Source: Takakia lepidozioides
Taxonomy: Eukaryota > Plantae > Bryophyta
Length of the DNA stretch: 64,000 bases
Direction: 5' to 3'
NCBI GenBank assembly: GCA_030704615.1
Contig: CM060734.1
Span: 27,590,001 to 27,654,000 of the forward strand
Made by a program: the position numbers and the translations under genes. Shown piece by piece: positions 1 through 11,000 of this stretch. Below the pieces are notes generated by a model that was given only the letters and a program-made list of their open reading frames with translations, searched no databases and was not told the DNA's origin. How positions within the stretch are numbered: the stretch's first letter is position 1; each line of letters starts with the position of its first letter.

Positions 1-44
1 AAACAGAACGAACGGCAAGTACAGAAAAACTGAATTCATGTCGT

Positions 45-1454
45 ATGTGTGATCCTAGTGGACTATCCAACAGGGAAAGTCCACTAAAGAAGATAAAAGT
101 TAAAATCCAGTCACAGCGGATACAGCCAATAGAAAACCAGAGAAATGATCAAGAAAATGGAGGGAAATTAAGCGCAAGAGGCGGCGTCGTTCTGAGTAAC
201 GGGCGTCTCGACAGGACAGGCCATAAATGCTATAACTTGGAAACTATGGAGGAACTAACAGACTATACGCTCGCAATATTATTTACGCAATGGCAGAGAC
301 ACGAAACGAAAGAGCAGAGCTTTTCTCTTGAACAATGCTTGCAAGCCCCGCAGGCTTACAAGAGATTACCCATAGCTTTCTGCGGCAACCATACGTTTCT
401 GCTTTGTGCACTACAGGCATTCCTGCAGTTGTTACAGCCAAAGCAGTTCTGTGAGTCTAAGATGAAGAGAGTGAGAGGAATGGAGGAAATCAGGGTGAAG
501 AGCACCACAATTCTGCAGAAACAAACGATGGCTACCCCACAGGCGATAAAGATACTGAAGGAGCTGAGATTGGAAGGATTGCAAAGCATGGATTGGACAC
601 TACACCATAGACAGTACATGTTACAATTTTTGCAGAACTTTGAGCCAAAGACAGGAACAACAACGGTGAAGGGAGTTGAATTAATGATTACTCCCCTATA
701 CCTCCAGCAATTGTTTCGATTGCCAGAAGGTCATGTGTATGTGGAGGAACACAGAGAAAGACTGCAAATAGGGAATTTATTCCAAGAAGGGAGTTTCTTT
801 AAAACTCAGGGTTATGCTTGTACCAAAGCTGTGTACCCAGGGTTAAAAGACAAAGGCCAAGTATTGAACGTTCTGATTGCCCTGAAACAGAACCAACAAT
901 ATTTGAGCAGATCCTTCACAGAGGAAATCCTCAAAGGCTTGAAGGGACAAGAGGTACCATGGGCGGACATAATGTACAACGCACTGGTAGAGGAGATGAA
1001 AAGATTACAAGGTACTACCGCAAAATCTCCTATCATAGTGTCTGGCCCAATCATTGCTCAAATAATCCTTAGTTCTGGCATACTTAATGCACAAGAAAGG
1101 AAGGAAATGGGAGTGTTTGAGCCAGAAACAACTGCAATGGAAGAGCAAGGCTCTTCACACAGTGAGGGTGGACTAGCAGCACAACCCGAGACTAAGAGGC
1201 AGAGAAGGGGAAAGACGGTAGTGGCGGATCCACTGGCTTCACGGATTCCGCATGATAATGTTTCCCAAGCTCATGACCAGGGAGGGGCACAGCAGCACAA
1301 AAGAATGTTATTACTGGAAGCAGGACCTTCAGAGAGGGAGGAAGAAGTTACTTCTGCATCACAACCAACACAGCCACTTGAACGACTTGTCACAAGGTCA
1401 CAAGTTATCCATGCAGCTCAACCCGAAATAATAGATTTGAAAGTGAAGGGATAG
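45..1454 (+). CDS. Extra 3' ORF of element A, N-terminal half; resembles Athila ORF2 / putative plant transposon protein (Transposase_32-like) domain; likely start near MKRVRG (~462)
   Basis: QFLQNF...TVKGVELMITPLYLQQLFRLP and VPWADIMY...SGPIIAQII resemble, by eye, the EFYAN..VRG..F....IN..LGL and LPFP.LIT pattern. Conserved in element B (37942-39327). Confidence 0.6.
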   Translation: MCDPSGLSNRESPLKKIKVKIQSQRIQPIENQRNDQENGGKLSARGGVVLSNGRLDRTGHKCYNLETMEELTDYTLAILFTQWQRHETKEQSFSLEQCLQAPQAYKRLPIAFCGNHTFLLCALQAFLQLLQPKQFCESKMKRVRGMEEIRVKSTTILQKQTMATPQAIKILKELRLEGLQSMDWTLHHRQYMLQFLQNFEPKTGTTTVKGVELMITPLYLQQLFRLPEGHVYVEEHRERLQIGNLFQEGSFFKTQGYACTKAVYPGLKDKGQVLNVLIALKQNQQYLSRSFTEEILKGLKGQEVPWADIMYNALVEEMKRLQGTTAKSPIIVSGPIIAQIILSSGILNAQERKEMGVFEPETTAMEEQGSSHSEGGLAAQPETKRQRRGKTVVADPLASRIPHDNVSQAHDQGGAQQHKRMLLLEAGPSEREEEVTSASQPTQPLERLVTRSQVIHAAQPEIIDLKVKG

Positions 1455-1477
1455 ATATTCCAACTACAGAACAGATA

Positions 1478-4012
1478 GTGGCGGAAATAGAGAAAGGGGA
1501 CCTTCTCTATGAATATTCTGGTCTGGTCAAGCAGACAGAAATCCCAGAGGTGCAACAGTTGCCCAAGAAAAATCCTGAGGTACATATAATGCACACACCT
1601 GTGTCGGAGGTACCACAGGCGGAAGGCCATGACACTGTAGCACCGGTCATAAATGAAGTAGTTCAGGAAGAAAATCCGGTGGGACAATGGTCTGAATGGT
1701 TAGTGAGACATCATACTGTTGAAGATCGGGAGGAACAGCAGCAACCTCACCATGATGACCCTCAACAGGCAATGCTGATGAATTCCATAGGCAGGACACT
1801 TAATTTGTTGGGGACTTATGTCAAAACCCATGTTCCAATTACCCAATTGACAGCCTTGAAAGAAGAACTCAGGAAGGAGTTTGAGGCTCGACTTGCCACT
1901 GAGTGTTCAAACAAGGTCGATGAAGAGGTCACTCTCAAGATGAAGCAGGACTTGGCCAATACAGAAATGGCTTTGCAATTGGCCAAGCAACAATTGATTG
2001 AGGCAGGCCTTGCGCAAGACCAGTTGCACGAAGCACATAAGCAACAGCTATACCAAATGCAGGTGCAGCATGAAAGCAAGTTGCAAGAACTGAATGCACT
2101 ACATACGGAGTTGCAGACAGTGCATAACAGGATGGAGATACAATGCGCTACATTTACAACTATGCTTGACCAATCAACAAAAGAAATAAACAGTCAAGCG
2201 GAAAAATGTACGAAGGCAGAAGAAGAGAATGTGGAGCACATGAAGCTCATTGTCGATATGAAGAATACAATCTGTCGCAATGAAGAAACTTTCAAGCAAT
2301 ACAGGCAGATGGAAGCTGAGAATGAGAAATACATCGTGGAGTTGCAACAAACCATCGTGGCCAATAGAAATGAAATCGCGGTCAGTAACAAGGCTTCGAA
2401 AGAAGCCAATAATCTACTTGCTGCCTATGCGCAATTGGTTGAGCCACAGGCGAAGCGCATGAAGGCTTTACAACAGCAGTTGGAATTGTATAAGCTAAGA
2501 GAGGAGCAAACTCTCAGGGGAACCACAAGCAGCTTGGTGGATAACAGCCTTATGCAGGTCTGGTTAGCACAAGGGCCAGTAGAGGGCAAAAGCCCACGGA
2601 AGCTCACCCAAAGCGAGATGAATGAGCTCAGACTGCAGGTGCAGAACATTGCCACAACTACTATAGACAATGTCTATAGTAGGATAGCAGAGTTACAAGA
2701 GGATGTAGACGGACTCCAGACTCAAGTGGAAGACCTCACTTCAAACATCGACCAAAGAGTCTATATCCCTCAGGAACAGCTAATGGCTTCTTATTTGCAA
2801 GCCAGAACTCTGGCTTTTCAGTCTTCACAGGAGGTGCAGGAGATGCCAATGGTACAGGAACCAGTACCACCACCACCACAACAGGTCAGTGTACCAGTAG
2901 CTGAACCTGTGGTTACTACAACCACACCACAGCCACCACAGCCGGAGGTATGGGGCAATGCAGCTTTTAACCCACCTAAAACTCCAGCTGCCAGGGAGTA
3001 CAGTAGGGCTATGATTATGCCCTTCAACCAAATTCCCATCATGTTGGATTTGGCTTGGAAAGAATTTAGTCCTCCGCAGTCATTCGCACATTACTACCAA
3101 ATCATGCGTATCTGGCTGCCAGTGGCAACCAGGACTAAAGTTCTTCCAAACAATCGACATATTGAAGATCATCACTTTGCACAATACTGGCACGAGGCAG
3201 GTACCATGTTGAGGGAATTGGTTGCTTTCCAGGTTGTACATGGACTCATTTATACCAAGACCAAGGAGATAGCAAGTATTGTCATGGGGTGCGGGCTATA
3301 CTACGCTGCTTGTTTCCTGATACGTTACCACATAGAGCAACAAAAGATGCAAGCACGCTTTCAAAGTTACTCCAGTGGAGATCATTGGGTATTACCTTCG
3401 GTGCCACCTCATATGTACCTATATGACCCAAAAGTTATGATACAAAAGGATTCTCAAATTCGTTCATGGTTTCAAGCAGCCTGCAACAATTTGTCAACAC
3501 AGAAATTCGGACTTGATGACATTTTCTATAAGGGACATATCGCATGGAAATACTTGCACGCGGCACCAGTAATTGGTACCCCACTCATCTGGACAGACAA
3601 GGAGCTCAGTGTCTACACCAATTTTGCTGTTCAACGGTTACACCAGGTTGTAAAATGCAAACTTCCAGACATGGTAGGACAGCATTGTATGCCCCAGATG
3701 ATTCCACAAAAAGTTCGAAAATTAAAACACCTGAGAGGCGATGAGGATTCTGATACAACTGTTTCTTCACAAAATTCTTTTGACATGGGAGAAGACTATG
3801 CAATTCAGATGGAAGAGAAGAAACAAAGGGGATCTCCTATGCCGGAAAGATTACCTCGATATCAACCTCCAGAAGGCCTCACTTATCCAGGTAGTGATCA
3901 ACCATCTCCATCAACCAGAGACAGACCTCGGGCTCGTACACACAGCCCACCACGAAACTCTCAACGTCAACAAGGTGCTCACTCACAAAGGGTTGCTACT
4001 CGGAAACAGTAA
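1478..4012 (+). CDS. Extra 3' ORF of element A, C-terminal part: long coiled coil, Pro-rich linker, C-terminal domain with a hydrophobic segment
   Basis: 844-aa open frame with E/Q/K/L heptad-rich region. Conserved in B (35354-37893). Joins the upstream ORF if one base is restored near 1440. Confidence 0.75.
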   Translation: MAEIEKGDLLYEYSGLVKQTEIPEVQQLPKKNPEVHIMHTPVSEVPQAEGHDTVAPVINEVVQEENPVGQWSEWLVRHHTVEDREEQQQPHHDDPQQAMLMNSIGRTLNLLGTYVKTHVPITQLTALKEELRKEFEARLATECSNKVDEEVTLKMKQDLANTEMALQLAKQQLIEAGLAQDQLHEAHKQQLYQMQVQHESKLQELNALHTELQTVHNRMEIQCATFTTMLDQSTKEINSQAEKCTKAEEENVEHMKLIVDMKNTICRNEETFKQYRQMEAENEKYIVELQQTIVANRNEIAVSNKASKEANNLLAAYAQLVEPQAKRMKALQQQLELYKLREEQTLRGTTSSLVDNSLMQVWLAQGPVEGKSPRKLTQSEMNELRLQVQNIATTTIDNVYSRIAELQEDVDGLQTQVEDLTSNIDQRVYIPQEQLMASYLQARTLAFQSSQEVQEMPMVQEPVPPPPQQVSVPVAEPVVTTTTPQPPQPEVWGNAAFNPPKTPAAREYSRAMIMPFNQIPIMLDLAWKEFSPPQSFAHYYQIMRIWLPVATRTKVLPNNRHIEDHHFAQYWHEAGTMLRELVAFQVVHGLIYTKTKEIASIVMGCGLYYAACFLIRYHIEQQKMQARFQSYSSGDHWVLPSVPPHMYLYDPKVMIQKDSQIRSWFQAACNNLSTQKFGLDDIFYKGHIAWKYLHAAPVIGTPLIWTDKELSVYTNFAVQRLHQVVKCKLPDMVGQHCMPQMIPQKVRKLKHLRGDEDSDTTVSSQNSFDMGEDYAIQMEEKKQRGSPMPERLPRYQPPEGLTYPGSDQPSPSTRDRPRARTHSPPRNSQRQQGAHSQRVATRKQ

Positions 4013-4033
4013 ACCGTGAGGACACGGCTTTTT

Positions 4034-4047
4034 GAGGGGGGAAGGGG
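4034..4047 (+). promoter_or_regulatory. Polypurine tract of element A
   Basis: GAGGGGGGAAGGGG, followed by TAA and the LTR-initial TG at 4051. Confidence 0.85.
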
Positions 4048-4050
4048 TAA

Positions 4051-5047
4051 TGTTAGAGGACTGTAGGGGACTTAGACACTTATACGGGATCTGTAGGGTA
4101 CCCTTAATTTTTGCACAGACTGAGACAAACAGGAACCTTAGGGGTGACAGCAGCGCACTGTAGAGGGGGTTACATAGCCCACACAGCCGACACAGCAGTC
4201 ACAGCCCACACAGCCAATACAGCCCGTCACAGTCGTCACAGCCCACACAGCCCACACAGCCGTCACAGCCCACACAGCCGTCACAGTCGTCACAGCCCAC
4301 ACAGCCCACACAGCCCGTCACAGTCGTCACAGCAGACACAGCCCACACACGTCACAGCCCGGCACAGCCACACAGCCAGTCACAGCCCGACACAGCCAAA
4401 CACAGCCAGTCACCGCTTGACACAGCTGTCACGATAATAGGGAACGAAGAGTAGGACAGGGAACGACTGTGGGGAACAACACCAGTGAAGGGAACATGTT
4501 AGTTCACATACGACGGTTAGAGAGGGAAACGGTTAGAACCGCGGATAGGAGGATAAAGGGAAGAACGGGGAATAGGAAGGGGATCATTATTCGGGGAGGA
4601 CTTCGGAGACAGGCGGGAGCGGAGATCGGAGAGCACGATGAAGGAGAAAAGAGGATTAGTAGATGCTTGTCATATGCAAAGCTAGAGTGATATTGTAGAG
4701 CAGATTAGAGACATAATGGATTCGGCCTGATACCTGATAAATCATAATCTGATACTTATACGATACAATCACACTGTGTAGAGAGATCTGAGTGAAGCTG
4801 TGGATTGAATGGAGGAGTTAAGGAAACCGATAAATTGATGAAGCAAACTGATACTTAATTATCAATGGTAAGGTAGCTAAGATGAATGCGGAAAAGGAAA
4901 CAAATAGGAAACACCCCCATGATACACTAGCTGTAGGTCATGACTGATTGTTCTGCGCGGGCTGAGTACTTAGAGATTTCCAACTCTTCTATCTTGGAGT
5001 TTCCGCCTCGGATAGCGAAGGGATGGGTGAGTAAAAGCCGCGCGACA
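4051..5047 (+). repeat. 3' LTR of element A (997 bp)
   Basis: TGTTAGAGG...GCCGCGCGACA. Matches both LTRs of element B in reverse complement. Confidence 0.93.
4172..4432 (+). repeat. CACAGCC/CACAGTCGT-type minisatellite inside the LTR
   Basis: Visible 9-10 bp reiterations. Copy number differs among the three LTRs. Confidence 0.85.
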
Positions 5048-8000
5048 GGGGCATCCGATACGATTTGTTTTTGTTTTTTTATGATTGCAACCAACTGCTT
5101 CTGTTGAACAATATGGCAATGTGCTGAGCTTTATAGAATACAGACGTTCTATTAAGACTCGAGGGTTTTCAACCTGATTATAAGTCGGTTTTTCTAGCAT
5201 GATACCAGTATGAACTTTGGCATCATATTGATATGGTGCTGGAGTAACATCTCCAGACCTAAAGCTATCCAGTGATGCTTAAAACAGGCCTTCTTATGTT
5301 GTTTTAACATGGTAAGTACCAAGGAGTACTTTTTGGACATTGAGGTTAGAGTTCTAAGACTAAAACAGTCACGACTACACTGCTCTAACTTAGAGATTAC
5401 CAAGCTGCTGGCATGATGGGCTTTTCGGATTACATAACATCTGTTTTAAGGTTGCCAAGCAATGCCTTTGGAACCACCCTTTGAGCAAATTACAGGCTGT
5501 CTGGTCTGATTTATCAAGCAGGTCTTTGGAACTACGTTCTGAATTTAGAACAGAATGTCTAAGCTGTTTTGGCTCGATGGCTTTTCAGACTACATACTGG
5601 CTGCTTTAGGTGTACCAAGCAGCATCTTTGAAATTAAGCGTTGAGTTTAAAACAGGCCAAGCACCTGGCATGACGGGCTTTTCAGATTACATAACATCTG
5701 TTTTAAGGTTGCCAAGCTATGCCTTTGGAACCACCCTTTGAGTCTGAAACAGATCTGGTTTTACTGTTTTAACTTGTTTAAGGCAGATATATTCATATTG
5801 TTTTAGCTCGAAGAATACCAAGCAGATGTATTGAAGGGCTTTGCCAAATTACCACCGTCTGGTCTGAGTTACGAAGCAGGTTTTTGGAACTACTCTCTGA
5901 GTTTAAAACAAAACTGTCTAAGCTGTTTTGGCTTGATGGATTACATAATGGCTGCTTTAGGTGTACCAAGCAGTATCTTTGGAATTAACCATTGAGTTTA
6001 AAACAGGCCTGGTTACGCTATTATAAGTTTGAAAAGTACCAAGTAGTACTTTTGGACATACCCAGTGATTTGAAAGCAAGACCTTTGCACACTGTTTTGA
6101 CTTGGAAAAATACCAAGCAGTGGGCTGGTCTGGCTTTTTCAAAATACATAATTCAAACTGGGCTTTTTGGAATACCCTCTGAGCTGGTGTTGTCCATAAA
6201 GTTCTGATTATGCTCAATGTAGCACTCCTGCTCTGATTGAGTTTTGGAGAGATGATGGAAATCCAGATCCAGACCTTTATGCATTCATGGAACATAGACT
6301 AAATTATCAGGTTGGGCTTTTGGAATTGCAACACCTGGCACTCGTTTTTAAAGGCTCAAGTGTTTCTGCTGATGGTATGTACCAAGGGTGGTGTTTGTCC
6401 TGGTTTTTTTTTTTTTTTTTTTTTAAACAAGACTCCTTCAATGATGAATGACATCTGAATCCAGGGTGATGGTTGTCTTGGAAATCCCACCCTCCCACCC
6501 TAACTTTTCATGTACTTCCAGGAAGATGACATGAGTTTCTATCAAGTAAGATACTGTCTATGCGAGGTGAAGTTAGATAGTGCCTCGTCATGAAGCTGAT
6601 TTGTCTTTATTTGACAATGACAGCACTTGTCTTGTCTGTGCCTTGACAAGACATATTTATCTTCCCTCTGTTTTTTGCCCAGTGTACTTAGTGGTTTCTG
6701 TACACACTATCTACCTCTCACTTGTCATTTTCCAGTCTTCTTACTTTGATGTTCTAACACCTTTAATGGCTTTTGCGGAGGTCTGGCAAAGCCATGGGGT
6801 ATCAGCCCCCTATACCTCCATAACAATAATATGGAGCAACAAATCCCTCATAAGGTATGATCCTCTCCAGCAAAAATATGTTGGTTGATTGGGCATGGAG
6901 AGTAAGGCATCCTCGATGGTACCTGAAATAAACGTAGAGCATCTAAATGACTTCTGAATGATGATATTATGAGCTAGGCCTTGGTAAGACAGCCTGCTAG
7001 AGTATATGTACTGTACACCTTATACATGATCCGGTCAATGCACATTACTCTTGTTAGCTGGTCTCCTGTAGCCGATGCCTTATGTCAATTTTAGATACCT
7101 TACGATACGAGCGACTTCCGTGTCCTTGGCTCAAGTGCTTCCATGTTCCTCCTGGTTATGGCTTTGCTCTTTGTAGCACCAAAAAAAGTACCCAATCTTA
7201 CTATGTTGCTGGAAGATGGCTTGTTTGAATCAGGGGCAGTAGACTACTGCCAGTGGCTGAAGAACACAAGTTCTTATTCATACCTTTGGGTAAATTGGTT
7301 CTAACCAAAAAGTTGGCTGATATGGTGGGAAGATGTGCAGTAGTCTGCTGCCATTGGTTGAAGAACACCTGTAATTTCTGAACTCTTGCCAAGTTTGAAT
7401 TATGTTGTGCCGATGTTCACTCGTAATCTGAGAGCAGAGAGAATGCAGGCCTTTTATCCATTTGGTATTCAAGTCCAAGGATAGAACTACATTGTAGAGG
7501 GAGAGCCTTATGAGAATGGGTCTGGTATGCGCACTCCCTTACGGGGTGAGTGCATACCAAACTCACTCCATAAGGGACTGCCATACCAGGGGTTGGATGG
7601 TGGGTGCCCCCCCTCTCCCTCTCTCCAATTATCTGTTTGGGATTAACAATTTTTTTCCTAAGCCTATCTGGTTTGGAAATTTATTGTCTTGAACTTTACC
7701 ACCGAGGATGTAGCCTGCAATTTTTCATCCATTACATCCTTCCTCGATGTAACCATAACGGATGTAAGCCTAAGAGGATGTAACCTTAATGAAAGTGCAA
7801 AATTTCATTCCCAGTGGATGAAATCGCGGGATGGTTTGCCTAACCGTCTCTCTGCCCTAAGCACAGCACGATACTCGTGCTTGTTTTCTCTGGTGGAGGG
7901 CGATGGCGGCCGAGTGCTCGAGCAGCACGATCTGCGCGCGCTTTGTTTTTTTAATGCGCGATGGCGGCAGGTACTTCCATTTCCCGTGCTGGCAAACGAC

Positions 8001-11000
8001 CTACTGCTGTGTTTGCCTGCAATCTTTCGCATTCATGAAGCGGCGGCGCTCTTAAGGAGACGGAGGAAGTTAAGTTGCACTTTGTAAAGATGCAATTTTC
8101 CTCAAGTCTCCCATTTTGTTGCATTCTATTGTGATCTCTTGAGATTCAGATGTTGAACGCCGCAGCGTCCCACTCCACAAACGATTAAGGTTCTTAGTGG
8201 TGTCGCATCTTTGTTCTTCTTTTGATCAATTTGCTCACTGTAGAATGCATGTTGGACATGGATAGCAACTGCGAAGACCTGCTACTCGCTTGGTGCATCC
8301 TCACTAACACCCATCTTGATGTGGTGGTTTTGGGGACGGGCACAGGTGAGGGCCTTCACTTAATATGTATCTTTCAGTTTGCAGATGATCAAAAGACTTG
8401 GCGATGGGTGACGATTGACGCTGAATACTGCTTCAGCGGGGCATCCGATACGATTTGTTTTTGTTTTTTTATGATTGCAACCAACTGCTTCTGTTGAACA
8501 ATATGGCAATGTGCTGAGCTTTATAGAATACAGACGTTCTATTAAGACTCGAGGGTTTTCAACCTGATTATAAGTCGGTTTTTCTAGCATGATACCAGTA
8601 TGAACTTTGGCATCATATTGATATGGTGCTGGAGTAACATCTCCAGACCTAAAGCTATCCAGTGATGCTTAAAACAGGCCTTCTTATGTTGTTTTAACAT
8701 GGTAAGTACCAAGGAGTACTTTTTGGACATTGAGGTTAGAGTTCTAAGACTAAAACAGTCACGACTACACTGCTCTAACTTAGAGATTACCAAGCTGCTG
8801 GCATGATGGGCTTTTCGGATTACATAACATCTGTTTTAAGGTTGCCAAGCAATGCCTTTGGAACCACCCTTTGAGCAAATTACAGGCTGTCTGGTCTGAT
8901 TTATCAAGCAGGTCTTTGGAACTACGTTCTGAATTTAGAACAGAATGTCTAAGCTGTTTTGGCTCGATGGCTTTTCAGACTACATACTGGCTGCTTTAGG
9001 TGTACCAAGCAGCATCTTTGAAATTAAGCGTTGAGTTTAAAACAGGCCAAGCACCTGGCATGACGGGCTTTTCAGATTACATAACATCTGTTTTAAGGTT
9101 GCCAAGCTATGCCTTTGGAACCACCCTTTGAGTCTGAAACAGATCTGGTTTTACTGTTTTAACTTGTTTAAGGCAGATATATTCATATTGTTTTAGCTCG
9201 AAGAATACCAAGCAGATGTATTGAAGGGCTTTGCCAAATTACCACCGTCTGGTCTGAGTTACGAAGCAGGTTTTTGGAACTACTCTCTGAGTTTAAAACA
9301 AAACTGTCTAAGCTGTTTTGGCTTGATGGATTACATAATGGCTGCTTTAGGTGTACCAAGCAGTATCTTTGGAATTAACCATTGAGTTTAAAACAGGCCT
9401 GGTTACGCTATTATAAGTTTGAAAAGTACCAAGTAGTACTTTTGGACATACCCAGTGATTTGAAAGCAAGACCTTTGCACACTGTTTTGACTTGGAAAAA
9501 TACCAAGCAGTGGGCTGGTCTGGCTTTTTCAAAATACATAATTCAAACTGGGCTTTTTGGAATACCCTCTGAGCTGGTGTTGTCCATAAAGTTCTGATTA
9601 TGCTCAATGTAGCACTCCTGCTCTGATTGAGTTTTGGAGAGATGATGGAAATCCAGATCCAGACCTTTATGCATTCATGGAACATAGACTAAATTATCAG
9701 GTTGGGCTTTTGGAATTGCAACACCTGGCACTCGTTTTTAAAGGCTCAAGTGTTTCTGCTGATGGTATGTACCAAGGGTGGTGTTTGTCCTGGTTTTTTT
9801 TTTTTTTTTTTTTTTAAACAAGACTCCTTCAATGATGAATGACATCTGAATCCAGGGTGATGGTTGTCTTGGAAATCCCACCCTCCCACCCTAACTTTTC
9901 ATGTACTTCCAGGAAGATGACATGAGTTTCTATCAAGTAAGATACTGTCTATGCGAGGTGAAGTTAGATAGTGCCTCGTCATGAAGCTGATTTGTCTTTA
10001 TTTGACAATGACAGCACTTGTCTTGTCTGTGCCTTGACAAGACATATTTATCTTCCCTCTGTTTTTTGCCCAGTGTACTTAGTGGTTTCTGTACACACTA
10101 TCTACCTCTCACTTGTCATTTTCCAGTCTTCTTACTTTGATGTTCTAACACCTTTAATGGCTTTTGCGGAGGTCTGGCAAAGCCATGGGGTATCAGCCCC
10201 CTATACCTCCATAACAATAATATGGAGCAACAAATCCCTCATAAGGTATGATCCTCTCCAGCAAAAATATGTTGGTTGATTGGGCATGGAGAGTAAGGCA
10301 TCCTCGATGGTACCTGAAATAAACGTAGAGCATCTAAATGACTTCTGAATGATGATATTATGAGCTAGGCCTTGGTAAGACAGCCTGCTAGAGTATATGT
10401 ACTGTACACCTTATACATGATCCGGTCAATGCACATTACTCTTGTTAGCTGGTCTCCTGTAGCCGATGCCTTATGTCAATTTTAGATACCTTACGATACG
10501 AGCGACTTCCGTGTCCTTGGCTCAAGTGCTTCCATGTTCCTCCTGGTTATGGCTTTGCTCTTTGTAGCACCAAAAAAAGTACCCAATCTTACTATGTTGC
10601 TGGAAGATGGCTTGTTTGAATCAGGGGCAGTAGACTACTGCCAGTGGCTGAAGAACACAAGTTCTTATTCATACCTTTGGGTAAATTGGTTCTAACCAAA
10701 AAGTTGGCTGATATGGTGGGAAGATGTGCAGTAGTCTGCTGCCATTGGTTGAAGAACACCTGTAATTTCTGAACTCTTGCCAAGTTTGAATTATGTTGTG
10801 CCGATGTTCACTCGTAATCTGAGAGCAGAGAGAATGCAGGCCTTTTATCCATTTGGTATTCAAGTCCAAGGATAGAACTACATTGTAGAGGGAGAGCCTT
10901 ATGAGAATGGGTCTGGTATGCGCACTCCCTTACGGGGTGAGTGCATACCAAACTCACTCCATAAGGGACTGCCATACCAGGGGTTGGATGGTGGGTGCCC

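Larger units (their letters stand above)
1..5047 (+). mobile_element. 3' part of Ty3/Gypsy LTR retrotransposon A (same family as element B); 5' part lies outside the window
   Basis: Colinear and highly similar to the reverse complement of 34352-39370. Ends in PPT plus TG...CA LTR. Confidence 0.93.

Noticed and set aside
1478-4012. Host myosin/SMC-like gene, or a proven env gene
   Set aside because: It lies between pol and the PPT in both copies, so it is element-borne. One hydrophobic segment is not enough to call env.
4111-4437. His/Ser/Thr-rich ORFs here and at 34957-35262 and 58209-58583
   Set aside because: Translations of the LTR minisatellite. The reading differs between copies.
5240-6190. 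CRISPR-like array
   Set aside because: Repeats are degenerate with no unique spacers and no cas genes, and the context is eukaryotic.
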